Positions 7,567 to 16,674 of a stretch of 35,884 bases of DNA are shown in pieces. Under the pieces are notes generated by a model, which had not been told where the DNA came from, ran no database searches, and was given only the letters and a program-made list of their open reading frames with translations. The translations under genes and the position numbers were made by a program. Numbering within the stretch: the stretch's first letter is position 1; the number at the start of each line of letters is the position of its first letter. Origin of the DNA: an uncultured bacterium (lineage in GTDB: Bacteria > Cyanobacteriota > Vampirovibrionia > Gastranaerophilales > Gastranaerophilaceae); assembly GCA_949299435.1 (NCBI GenBank), contig CASGAK010000003.1, positions 1 to 35,884 of the forward strand, in the 5' to 3' direction.

Positions 7567-9627
7567 ATGAGTAAATATTTATTGGAAATCGGAACGGAAG
7601 AATTACCTTACAGATTTATACCATCAGCTATAAATCAATTGGAAAAGTTATTTAATGACTTTTTAACGGAAAATAAAGTTAAATTTGGTGACATAAAAGT
7701 TTATGCGACACCAAGAAGGTTAGCTGTGATTGTAGACGGGTTGGAAAAGTCAAGTCCAGATGAGTTAAAAACCGTAAAAGGACCTGTTAAAAAAGTTGCC
7801 TATGACGAAGATGGAAATTTGACAAAGGCCGGATTAGGATTTGCCAATAAGAACGGTGTATCAGCTGAAGATTTGTATTTAGAAGATGATTATTTGTATG
7901 CGAAAGTTTTGATTAAAGGTAAGTCAATAATTGAGCTTTTACAAGAAAATGTTCCTTCGCTTGTACTTAAATTGCAAGGATCTCATTTTATGAGATGGGG
8001 GGATAACGATCAAAAATTCTCTCGTCCGATAAGGTGGATTGTATCAATTCTTGATAGAGAGGAAGTCAAGATTAAAATAATTGATAAAGAAAGCTCAAAT
8101 ATATCTCGCGGACATCGATTTGCACAACAAAATGTTGTAATCGGACATCCTGATGATTATGTCGAATTGATGAGAAATTGCTGCGTAATTGTAGATCAAA
8201 ATGAACGCAGACAAAGAATTGTAGAAAAAGCTAAAGAAGAAGCTGCAAAATTTGGTGCTGAGCCTTACTATACAGAGGATTTGCTAGATGAAGTAACTTT
8301 TATTACGGAATATCCGGTGCCTGCAGTATGTGATTTTTCAGAAGAATACCTTCGCTTGCCTGAAGAATTAGTTGTTACTGTTATGGCAGTGCACCAAAGA
8401 TATTTTGCACTTTATAAAGAAGGAAAACTTATTAATAAGTTTATTACGATGACTAACTACTTAGGCGATGAGTTTGAAAATATTAAAGCTGGTAACGTAA
8501 GAGTAATTAAAGCAAGACTTGATGATGCCGTATTTTTCTTTAATGAAGATACTAAAAAGCATTTGGAAGATTATGTTGAAGATCTAAAAGGTATTACTTT
8601 CCAAAAAGGTATGGGATCAATGTATGACAAAGCACAAAGGCTTGTATCTTTATCAAAAAATATTGCAAATCAATTAGGAATAAAAGATACAAGAACTATT
8701 GAAAGAGTCGCATTACTTTGTAAGGCGGACTTGACGACTAATCTTGTATTTGAATTTACTGAACTTCAAGGTTTTATCGGAGCTGATTATGCTAGAGTGT
8801 CAGGAGAGATTGATTCAGTATCCGAAGGTATTAAAGAGCATTATTTCCCGCTGAATGCAGAAAGTGAAACGGCAAAGACTATTGAAGGTCAAATTGTAGG
8901 TATCGCAGATAAAATTGATACTATAGCAGCAGTATTTGCAGAAGGTAAAAAGCCTACAGGATCTTCAGATCCGCTAGGCGTTAGACGTGCAGCGTTAGGT
9001 ATTATTAGAACAATTTTGGCAGATAATTTAAATATAGATTTGACAAAATTGATAGATGAAACGTTATTGAATTTGCCTGTACAGTTTGATGGGGGCTCTT
9101 TTGTAGATAAATTTAAAAAAGCTGCTAATGATTGTGTAGGTCGTGTATCAGGTAAAGTCGGCGATGAAATTAACGAATTTATAGTTCAAAGATTAATCAT
9201 TTATTTGAGCGATAAATATCCGAAAAATGTTTTGGAGGCCTGTGCTGTTAATAAAAATCCGCTTGTTAATATGGTTGATTATATTGAGAGAGTTAAAGTT
9301 ATTTCAAATTTAAATTGCCCGCAATTGCTTGAAAGTGCTAACCGCGTTGCAAGACTTTTGAAAGAGCCTGTGTTAGTTCAAGTTAATAAAAACTTGTTTA
9401 ATCTGCCTGCTGAGAATATGTTACTAGAACAAATTAATACGGTAAATGCAAAAGATGATTACAGCTTGTACTTAAAACAGCTTGAAGAAATTAATCCATC
9501 TGTTGAAAAATTCTTCAATGATGTACTTGTCATGGATAAAGATGAAAAAATTAAACAAAATCGACTGGCATTACTTGCCTTATTAAAACAAAAGTATGAT
9601 TATATCTGCGATTTCAGTAGATTATAA
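7567..9627 (+). CDS. glyS: glycine--tRNA ligase beta subunit
   Basis: 686 aa. N-terminus LLEIGTEELPYRFIP, then YATPRRLAV, and a C-terminal anticodon-binding region. GAAGG SD. Confidence 0.93.
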   Translation: MSKYLLEIGTEELPYRFIPSAINQLEKLFNDFLTENKVKFGDIKVYATPRRLAVIVDGLEKSSPDELKTVKGPVKKVAYDEDGNLTKAGLGFANKNGVSAEDLYLEDDYLYAKVLIKGKSIIELLQENVPSLVLKLQGSHFMRWGDNDQKFSRPIRWIVSILDREEVKIKIIDKESSNISRGHRFAQQNVVIGHPDDYVELMRNCCVIVDQNERRQRIVEKAKEEAAKFGAEPYYTEDLLDEVTFITEYPVPAVCDFSEEYLRLPEELVVTVMAVHQRYFALYKEGKLINKFITMTNYLGDEFENIKAGNVRVIKARLDDAVFFFNEDTKKHLEDYVEDLKGITFQKGMGSMYDKAQRLVSLSKNIANQLGIKDTRTIERVALLCKADLTTNLVFEFTELQGFIGADYARVSGEIDSVSEGIKEHYFPLNAESETAKTIEGQIVGIADKIDTIAAVFAEGKKPTGSSDPLGVRRAALGIIRTILADNLNIDLTKLIDETLLNLPVQFDGGSFVDKFKKAANDCVGRVSGKVGDEINEFIVQRLIIYLSDKYPKNVLEACAVNKNPLVNMVDYIERVKVISNLNCPQLLESANRVARLLKEPVLVQVNKNLFNLPAENMLLEQINTVNAKDDYSLYLKQLEEINPSVEKFFNDVLVMDKDEKIKQNRLALLALLKQKYDYICDFSRL

Positions 9628-9745
9628 ACTTTTGTAAATAAACAGCTAAAAAAAGTAAATTATTTTTTTTAGGATATTTTATAATGGTACAATAAAGTAA
9701 AGTAAGTAAAAAAATAAGTGTAGCAAAGTTAGAGGTAACATCAAA

Positions 9746-10057
9746 ATGCTTAATAGGCTTAAAAATTTAAAGATAGTTAGAAATTTTAAAAACGGAATAT
9801 CTCCGAAATTACGCTGGTTGATGTTTGCCAATAATAATGATAAATCATCTGCTGATTATATAAAAATGATTTCAGGAGTAGATGAGTTAAAAAGTAATTC
9901 TGACGAACTAAGGCTGGAAGCAATGGTCAGAGAACAACTTAAAGAGGAATTTCCGAATATCGAAAATTCAAAATCTTATGAGTTACTAGTCGATGCAGTG
10001 ATGCATAATTTAAAGAAAAAACAGCTTCAAGCCACTGATAACATTGATTTTTCATAG
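9746..10057 (+). CDS. hypothetical protein, 103 aa
   Basis: ORF with an AGAGG SD, followed by an intrinsic terminator. No recognisable motif. Confidence 0.45.
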   Translation: MLNRLKNLKIVRNFKNGISPKLRWLMFANNNDKSSADYIKMISGVDELKSNSDELRLEAMVREQLKEEFPNIENSKSYELLVDAVMHNLKKKQLQATDNIDFS

Positions 10058-10110
10058 AGAAAAATTGTTAGTTTATTTGTTATCACCAAGCAGCATGTCT
10101 GCACAATAAT

Positions 10111-10139
10111 AATACCCCATTAGGGGTGTTATTTTTTTT
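10111..10139 (+). terminator. rho-independent terminator
   Basis: AATACCCC-atta-GGGGTGTT stem-loop followed by A plus T8. Confidence 0.6.
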
Positions 10140-10177
10140 GTGTTAAAAATAAAATTCTTTACAAAAAGGAGAGTTTT

Positions 10178-10414
10178 ATGAAAACAACAATTATAGGAAT
10201 AAATTTAGAGAATCGAATAGAAAAAGCGATTGAATTTCAAAAGATAATAACAGAACATGGTTGTGAAATCCGAACAAGAATAGGGCTGCACCCTACGGAC
10301 GGTCAATTTTGTTCAGATTGTGGAATAATTCTTTTAGAAGTCGCAGGCAGCGGGGAAAAATTAATTGAAAAATTGCAAAAATATTGGACTTTACAGACAA
10401 TGAGTTTTGAATGA
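10178..10414 (+). CDS. small ACT-like regulatory protein resembling the TM1266 (putative Fe-only hydrogenase system regulator) family
   Basis: 78 aa. The pattern TTIIGINLENR...EFQKIITEHGCEIRTRIGLH...GIILLEV recalls that family from memory. Strong AAGGAGAG SD. Confidence 0.4.
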   Translation: MKTTIIGINLENRIEKAIEFQKIITEHGCEIRTRIGLHPTDGQFCSDCGIILLEVAGSGEKLIEKLQKYWTLQTMSFE

Positions 10415-10493
10415 TAAATTTTTGTAAATAATAAAAGAATAAAATAGCAAAAATATTTTTTTACGGCTGTTATACCATTCGGGAAATTTAAAA

Positions 10494-12038
10494 ATGATAA
10501 CGCCCGTAAATTCTTACAGTACAAATTTAATATCACAAACTGTTCTTAAAGCTAAGGAAGCTCGACAGCATAATAAGTCGCAGCCGATTAGGACAAGTAT
10601 TTTTTATATAAATGACTTCCATGGTAAATCAATAAATTTAGAACGGACGATGACAGCATCAAATGCTTTTGATAATTTTAAACCGTCTGAGCCTACTGAT
10701 AAATTAAAGTTTTCATCAGGGGATATCTTACTGGGCGAGATAGAAAAAGTAAACAAAGTGGCTATTGCCGGTGAAAATGCTCTACATATAATGGCATCTG
10801 CTATGGGAAATCATGAGTATGATATGCCAAAGAGTATCGGGAAAATGATTCCTGATATGAAATTTAAAATGCTTGCTTGTAATATTGATATTCCACCACA
10901 ATACCCGTTATACAAAAAAGTTGAAAAATCTTATATCCAAGAAATTAACGGACACAAATACGGAATCATAGGTACTTCTCCGACTGATTTGATATCAAGG
11001 CTAAAGTATAGTAAATTATTTGCCCAAAACGAAATCCATGACATATCTTCAACTGCAAGAGATATTCAACAAGAAGTTGATAAATTGCGAAACCAGGGTA
11101 TAAATAAAATTATTTTATTATCTCATTTGGGATATGGATATGACCGTAAAATAGCGGAGTCTACAGAAGGTATTGATGTAATTTTGGGTGGACATTCTCA
11201 TAATTTAGTTTTAGATATAAAAGAGGGAGAAAACCTTCTATACAATAAAAAAGGCGAACCCGTTATAATTACACAAGCTGGGCGTGATGGAAAATATTTC
11301 GGGGTCTTAAATCTTGAGTTTGATGAAAACGGTATAATAAAAAAAGTTCAAAATAACGTTACCTCCACTCGCGGGTTTAAACGAAATGCACCTTTAAGAT
11401 ATGTATTTGAAAAGATTCTTGGTAAACCTGAAGTTGTGGGATTTGTAAAATCAGCACCACCTCCAATTACAAATGATTTGATAGATCCAAATCCTCATGC
11501 TCAATTCATTGTGGATTGTATGAAAGAAGAATTGGATGCAGATATAGCATTGCTTAGTGCGGCAAATGTAAGAGGATATTTTGAAAGCGGTGCTCTTGAT
11601 ACAAGAGTACTCGAAGATATGTCACCTTTTAAAAATAATCTTACAATAACACCTTATACAGAAAGAGAGATTGTTGATGCTCTGAAAGCAACCGCTAAAT
11701 CTTTGGTAAATCTTAATAATAAACCGGGTATCTTGCATACATCAGGCTTAAAATATAACATAAATAAAAAAGGTGAAATTTCAGATTTATATTTCATAGA
11801 TAAGGAAGGGAAAGAAACAAAAATAGATATCGAAAATCCTAGAGAAGATAAAATATACAGAACTGTAATAAACGATTATTATGCAATGGGAAAAGATAAC
11901 CTTTCAATGTTGAATAAAATTGATTGGGCTGAAAAAATATTTGATTTTGATTTTACAAAATGTGTTAAAGACCACTTCAAAAAAGACCAGACTCCTGTTG
12001 AAATTAAAGATGATGGAAGGATAAAAATCATAGATTAA
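10494..12038 (+). CDS. bifunctional metallophosphatase / 5'-nucleotidase family protein
   Basis: NDFHGK, GNHEYD and GGHSH calcineurin-like motifs plus a C-terminal 5'-nucleotidase-type domain. No obvious signal peptide. Confidence 0.85.
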   Translation: MITPVNSYSTNLISQTVLKAKEARQHNKSQPIRTSIFYINDFHGKSINLERTMTASNAFDNFKPSEPTDKLKFSSGDILLGEIEKVNKVAIAGENALHIMASAMGNHEYDMPKSIGKMIPDMKFKMLACNIDIPPQYPLYKKVEKSYIQEINGHKYGIIGTSPTDLISRLKYSKLFAQNEIHDISSTARDIQQEVDKLRNQGINKIILLSHLGYGYDRKIAESTEGIDVILGGHSHNLVLDIKEGENLLYNKKGEPVIITQAGRDGKYFGVLNLEFDENGIIKKVQNNVTSTRGFKRNAPLRYVFEKILGKPEVVGFVKSAPPPITNDLIDPNPHAQFIVDCMKEELDADIALLSAANVRGYFESGALDTRVLEDMSPFKNNLTITPYTEREIVDALKATAKSLVNLNNKPGILHTSGLKYNINKKGEISDLYFIDKEGKETKIDIENPREDKIYRTVINDYYAMGKDNLSMLNKIDWAEKIFDFDFTKCVKDHFKKDQTPVEIKDDGRIKIID

Positions 12039-12071
12039 AAAAGAGGCTTTTTAACAAGCCTCTTTTTTTTT
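12037..12071. terminator. bidirectional rho-independent terminator between convergent genes
   Basis: 9-bp stem AAGAGGCTT / AAGCCTCTT with loop TTTAAC, flanked by an A-run on the left and a T-run on the right. Confidence 0.7.
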
Positions 12072-12088
12072 ATTGAGAATATTCTTAT

Positions 12089-12976
12089 CTATTTTTCACA
12101 ATCAATTTGCTCGGGACTGTTAATATCGAATTTATTGTGATAAATACAAGCTACCGCATAGTAAAAAGCTAAACTTATAATTAAATTAAAATACATCATT
12201 ATAGTTGTCATCATTGTAATAGTTGTAACATTGTTTAAAAGATCTTTTATGGACATAAAATCCATACCGCTAAGTCCTGCAATTATACCGATTATAAAAA
12301 ATATTATAAAAAATGTGGTAAAACCTAAAATGCAAAACAGAATAATAATTCCTATATATTTTAAATATAGAACAATACTTGGCAAAAATATTTTGGGTAA
12401 ATACGTAAATAACAATAAAGGAGAGAAGTTACCTTTAGCAGTATAATTTTTAGCAAAAGACATTAATATAAAAGGTATGCTGAAATATATTGATACCATA
12501 ATAGCCAACAATAAAACTATTCCGGGAATGTGGAATCCGGGAATAAAACAGGAAAGTAAAGCTAAAATTACAAAAAGAATAATATATATTCCCCAAACTA
12601 TTCCGAACCCAATCCATTTCCAAAAATGTTTAAACATTTTTAAGTTGATTTCAGGCATAATATCAAGAGCATTAACTTTTTCCTCATCGGTTTGATTATC
12701 TTTCCATACCAAATATTTAAGTGAATTGTGCATGAAATGGATTATATAAATACCAATAGCCAAACTGATAATAGTACATAAAATACCCAAAAGCGGATAT
12801 TCAACATAAATATACCTGTAAATATCAGATTGTGAGCCGGAATATTCATTATTTAAAGTAGCAATACTGCAAGGTAATGAAATCAACAAAGAAAGCAATA
12901 CCAAGTACATATGCTTAGCAAAAATGTTTTTTCCCGTATAAATTTTTTTAAAGCCTTCTAAAAATCCACCAGCCAT
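12089..12976 (-). CDS. polytopic membrane protein of unknown function (paralog A)
   Basis: 295 aa with multiple hydrophobic segments. Shares MAGGFLEGFKK, HFMHNSLKY..WKD, NALDIMPEIN, FAKNY..GN.SP and FYYA motifs with the next gene. AAGGAGAG SD. Confidence 0.7.
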   Translation of the reverse strand: MAGGFLEGFKKIYTGKNIFAKHMYLVLLSLLISLPCSIATLNNEYSGSQSDIYRYIYVEYPLLGILCTIISLAIGIYIIHFMHNSLKYLVWKDNQTDEEKVNALDIMPEINLKMFKHFWKWIGFGIVWGIYIILFVILALLSCFIPGFHIPGIVLLLAIMVSIYFSIPFILMSFAKNYTAKGNFSPLLLFTYLPKIFLPSIVLYLKYIGIIILFCILGFTTFFIIFFIIGIIAGLSGMDFMSIKDLLNNVTTITMMTTIMMYFNLIISLAFYYAVACIYHNKFDINSPEQIDCEK

Positions 12977-12991
12977 GAAACTCTCCTTTTC

Positions 12992-13792
12992 TTAAATTTC
13001 TCGTTCTAACTCAACTTTTCTATAGTAAATTCCTGCAATTGCATAGTAAAAAATCAGAATAGACACCATTTCTATATATATGGCAGCTGCGATAGCTGCA
13101 GAAATTAAAAAAGCGTTTTGTGGTGCTATCTTGTATATAGGTATACCCAGTACAATAAGTATTCCGACTTGTAGTATTTTGCAACAAATTTCAAATACAA
13201 TATATTTAAGTCCCAAAATAAAGGTAGAAGTAAAAACTTTAGGAACTAATGATAATATCAAAAATGGTGAACAATTTCCACTGGTCTTGTAGTTTTTTGC
13301 GAATCCGGAAATAATATAATTTATACTGATTAAATAGCATAAAAAAACAATTAAACTTATTGGCGTAAATATAAACAATCCTAATAATGGAATTTTGCAA
13401 AATATCCACATAAGATAAACTAATACAAAAGTTATAATTCCCCAAACTATGTAAAATGTTGATATCGCACCGAAATGACTGAATAAATCAGCATTAACTT
13501 CAGGCATTATATCCATAGCATTAACTCTATTAAGGTCAGTTCTCGTGTCTTTCCAGATAGCAAATTTAATTGCGTTATGTAAAAAATGTGTAAAATATAA
13601 TAAAAATAAAACTGCAGAAACTATATAAAGAAAACATAAAAACGGTAATATAGCTTGATTCAGCCCTTCTTTATTTGAATATTGATAAAGAGTCATTAAA
13701 AATGCTAAAATATATAAAAATACATGTTTTTTTGGCAGATTTTTCCCTTTGTAGCATTTTCTTAATCCTTCAATAAATCCGCCACCACTCAT
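12992..13792 (-). CDS. polytopic membrane protein of unknown function (paralog B)
   Basis: The track start at 13801 is a GTG abutting the SD. The ATG at 13792, with AGAGGTG 6 nt upstream, gives MSGGGFIEGLRK, which is colinear with paralog A. Confidence 0.7.
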   Translation of the reverse strand: MSGGGFIEGLRKCYKGKNLPKKHVFLYILAFLMTLYQYSNKEGLNQAILPFLCFLYIVSAVLFLLYFTHFLHNAIKFAIWKDTRTDLNRVNAMDIMPEVNADLFSHFGAISTFYIVWGIITFVLVYLMWIFCKIPLLGLFIFTPISLIVFLCYLISINYIISGFAKNYKTSGNCSPFLILSLVPKVFTSTFILGLKYIVFEICCKILQVGILIVLGIPIYKIAPQNAFLISAAIAAAIYIEMVSILIFYYAIAGIYYRKVELEREI

Positions 13793-13884
13793 CTTTTTCA
13801 CCTCTTATTAAAATAATAATAAACTGTTATAGTATACCAGTTTAAAATATTAAATACATACTCTGTTTATAGTATAATAGTTTT

Positions 13885-14977
13885 ATGGAAACCGAATTAA
13901 AACAATCGATAAATAATATAAAACCTCGTATAGAAAAAATAAAGGAGTGTCTTTGACCCTGCTGGCTTGGAGGCAAAATTAGCTACGCTTGAAAAAGAAA
14001 TGCAAAGTCCTGATATTTGGACAGATAATCATCGTGTATCAAAATTGGGAGCTGAAATTAAGGAGATAAAAGAAAATTTATCACTTTTAACCAAATGGAA
14101 CGGAATAATAGAAGATGCAGAGGTTGCATTAGAAATGTCAGATTCAGAGCTGATATCAGAAAGTTATACCTCAGTACAAAACCTTATAAAAGAGATAGAT
14201 AAATTTGAAATCCGCCTTATGCTAAGCGGAGAATACGATGAAGCAGATGCGATAATGACAATAAATGCAGGAGCAGGAGGCACCGATGCTCAAGATTGGG
14301 CAAGTCTTTTGTTGCGAATGTATATGCGATGGGCTGAAAATAAAAATTGGCAAGTAGATTTACTGGATAAACTTGACGGAGAAGAAGCCGGTATTAAGTC
14401 TGCAACAATAAAAATTTCAGGGAAATATGCATTTGGCTATGCAAAAGCAGAAAAAGGCGTACATCGTCTGGTTCGCATATCACCGTTTAATGCTAACGGT
14501 AAACGCCAAACAAGTTTTGCTTCAGTTGAAGTATCTCCTATAATTGAAGATTTTGAAAAAACAATAACAATTCCCCCAGAAGAGTTGGAAATAGATACAA
14601 TGCGTTCAGGCGGAGCCGGCGGACAAAATGTAAATAAAGTAGAAACAGCAGTTCGTATTTTGCATAAACCAACAGGTATTGTCGTTAAATGTCAGCAGGA
14701 ACGCTCTCAATTGCAAAATAAAGAAAATGCCATGCAAATTTTAGCCTCAAAACTTCTAGCGATAAGACAAGCAGAGCATGAAAAAAAATTAGCGGAACTA
14801 AAAGGTGAAAATGTTGACATAAACTTTGGCTCTCAAATTCGCTCATACGTATTCCACCCCTATAAAATGGTAAAAGATCATCGTACAAATTGTGAAGTAG
14901 GCAACGTAGACAGTGTAATGGACGGCGATATTGATATTTTTATAGATACCTATTTAAAATCTCAAGCTCAGGTATAA
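13885..14977 (+). CDS. prfB: peptide chain release factor 2, requires +1 programmed ribosomal frameshift: join(13885..13953,13955..14977)
   Basis: Frame 0 reads ATG13885...AAG GAG TGT CTT TGA (stop at 13954..13956). Shifting +1 after CTT gives GAC CCT GCT GGC TTG GAG..., which is the frame of the track ORF at 13967. SPF ([14 protein letters not shown]) and GGQ ([11 protein letters not shown]) motifs are present. Confidence 0.95.
13942..13957 (+). other. RF2 autoregulatory +1 frameshift site (internal SD AAGGAG, 3 nt, CTT TGA C)
   Basis: Sequence AAGGAGTGTCTTTGAC read directly. It has the same architecture as the classic prfB recoding site. Confidence 0.9.
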
Positions 14978-14979
14978 AG

Positions 14980-15195
14980 TTAGTCAAAGTCGAATAATTC
15001 TTTCGGGTGAACTTTTAAGGTATCAGCAATAATTTTAACCTTTGATACTGTAAGGTCTGTTTTGGCTATTTCGATTAAACTAATCATCGAACGTGAAATT
15101 TGTTCAGATACGGCAAGATCGTCCTGAGTCATACCTTTTTGCTTTCTGATGCGTTTTAGATTTTTTGCAAATTTTTGTAAATATTCCTTGTCCAT
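14980..15195 (-). CDS. XRE (Cro/C1)-family helix-turn-helix transcriptional regulator
   Basis: 71 aa. FAKNLKRIRKQKGMTQDDLAVSEQISRSMISLIEIAKTDLTVSKVKIIADTLKV matches the HTH_3 pattern. The gene is divergent from the pilin-like gene at 15262. Confidence 0.8.
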   Translation of the reverse strand: MDKEYLQKFAKNLKRIRKQKGMTQDDLAVSEQISRSMISLIEIAKTDLTVSKVKIIADTLKVHPKELFDFD

Positions 15196-15213
15196 TCAAA
15201 AATTGTTAGCTAT

Positions 15214-15246
15214 ACTAGCAATTAATACAACTAGTACCACTAGCAA
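15214..15246. promoter_or_regulatory. three ACTAG(C/T)A repeats (ACTAGCAA at 15214 and 15239, ACTAGTA at 15230) in the HTH/pilin intergenic region
   Basis: Read directly. The first copy overlaps a candidate pilin -10 (TATACT 15211..15216, with TTGTCC 15188..15193 at 17-nt spacing). Confidence 0.35.
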
Positions 15247-15261
15247 AAATAGGAGGAATTT

Positions 15262-15924
15262 ATGAAACAGAAAGCCTTTACACTTGCAGAAGTGCTGATA
15301 ACCTTAGGTATAATCGGAGTAGTTGCAGCTATGACAATTCCGACGTTAATCGGTAAATATCAGGAAAAGCAATTTAAGACAGCATATAAAAAAGTGTATT
15401 CAGAATTATCTCGAGCATTCCAAGAAGCTCTTGTAGATCAGCAATTTACCAGGATTACACAATATGAAGGGGCATCTACAGAAGAAGAATTTAATATTTT
15501 AAAATCAAAATTTAAAGTATCATTGGATTGTGGTAAAACAGACATATATCGTTGCTGGAAAAAAGGCGATACTTTATGTGGAGGATCATGTCAATCAGGT
15601 AATGCGTCTGATGGTATTGATATGGAGAATGGTAATCCAGCTGACAATGATTCGCTTTGTTTTATAGATATAAGTGGTCAAAGCTGGTGCTCTTATTCTG
15701 CTATAGAAAATATATTTGTAGTGGATACAAACGGATTTGCAAACCCTAATCAATTTGGAAAGGACAGATGGATTTTTACTTTTGCTGATGAAGATAATAA
15801 TAGAGCTAGTAATTATCACGACTACAAAAAAGTAATACCCTATTATACAAGGGATATTTTAACCCTTACATCTTCTTTTTGCAAACACCCGCCTTGTTAC
15901 TATCAGTCTTGGCTTTTAGATTAA
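15262..15924 (+). CDS. prepilin-type N-terminal cleavage/methylation domain protein (pilin/pseudopilin-like), Cys-rich C-terminal domain
   Basis: N-terminus MKQKA|FTLAEVLITLGIIGVVAAMTIPTLIGKYQ. VVDTNGFANPNQFGKDRWIFTF pseudopilin-type motif. 8 Cys in the mature part. AGGAGG SD. Confidence 0.85.
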   Translation: MKQKAFTLAEVLITLGIIGVVAAMTIPTLIGKYQEKQFKTAYKKVYSELSRAFQEALVDQQFTRITQYEGASTEEEFNILKSKFKVSLDCGKTDIYRCWKKGDTLCGGSCQSGNASDGIDMENGNPADNDSLCFIDISGQSWCSYSAIENIFVVDTNGFANPNQFGKDRWIFTFADEDNNRASNYHDYKKVIPYYTRDILTLTSSFCKHPPCYYQSWLLD

Positions 15925-15932
15925 AAATATAT

Positions 15933-15966
15933 AACAAGTCTGCTATAAATACGCGAACTTGTTTTT
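15933..15966. terminator. weak hairpin plus T-run between convergent genes
   Basis: AACAAGT ... ACTTGTT with a 17-nt loop, then TTTTT. The large loop makes it marginal. Confidence 0.3.
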
Positions 15967-15992
15967 AAATAAAAACTTATTAAACTCTTTGA

Positions 15993-16622
15993 TTATAGAT
16001 TTTTTTTATGCAAATCAGTCCCGCCAGTCATGATAAGGTTATATTTCAGTGCAATTTTTTTAATGGAGGTTTCATTGTGAAATTTTAAAATTCCACGAAA
16101 CCTCGGGTATGGATAATAAACTTCAATCCCGTCAAGTCCGTAGCTTATAAGTTTTTTTACAAACCTGTCCATAGAAATGCACCAGCAGCAGGCGGGGTGT
16201 GCAAGTACAGCAATACCACCGGCATTATGAATAGCTTTAATAAGCTCTTTGATATTTCGTTTTGAAAAAAGTCTTATAATATCCCACTCGGTTTCTTGCT
16301 TAGATTTTGCAAAGAATTTTTTAAGCATAGGATTATTTTTGTCCACACCATATCCTAAAAGGTGCATAAAGACATATCCGCACCAAACATCAAATTCTAC
16401 ACCGGGGATAAGAATTTCAGCGTTTTTAGAGTTTTCATATCCGCTCATTGTATTGTGATCTGTGATTGCAATATATTTGTAGTTTAATTGCTCAGCTTGG
16501 GATATTATTTCATCAAAATCAGCTTCACCATCGGAGTGGATTGTGTGTATGTGAAGATTTATACGTTTTTGGGTAAAATCATCTTCTGTAAATGTTTTAA
16601 TTAATTCTTTGTAATCTATCAT
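15993..16622 (-). CDS. PHP-domain metal-dependent phosphoesterase
   Basis: NLHIHTIHSDG and IAITDHNT motifs, plus later His/Asp clusters (AHP, GGTDLH). The track start at 16664 is a TTG; the ATG at 16622 is preferred but uncertain. Confidence 0.8.
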   Translation of the reverse strand: MIDYKELIKTFTEDDFTQKRINLHIHTIHSDGEADFDEIISQAEQLNYKYIAITDHNTMSGYENSKNAEILIPGVEFDVWCGYVFMHLLGYGVDKNNPMLKKFFAKSKQETEWDIIRLFSKRNIKELIKAIHNAGGIAVLAHPACCWCISMDRFVKKLISYGLDGIEVYYPYPRFRGILKFHNETSIKKIALKYNLIMTGGTDLHKKNL

Positions 16623-16674
16623 TGTTTTTGCAATTATATTTGTACTAGAATTATTATACAACAAGGGAGAAAAT

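Noticed and set aside
13824-13876. Direct repeat CTGTTATAGTATA / CTGTTTATAGTATA in the prfB / membrane-gene intergenic region.
   Set aside because: Each copy simply contains a -10-like hexamer for one of the two divergent promoters. I do not rate it as a separate regulatory element without further evidence.
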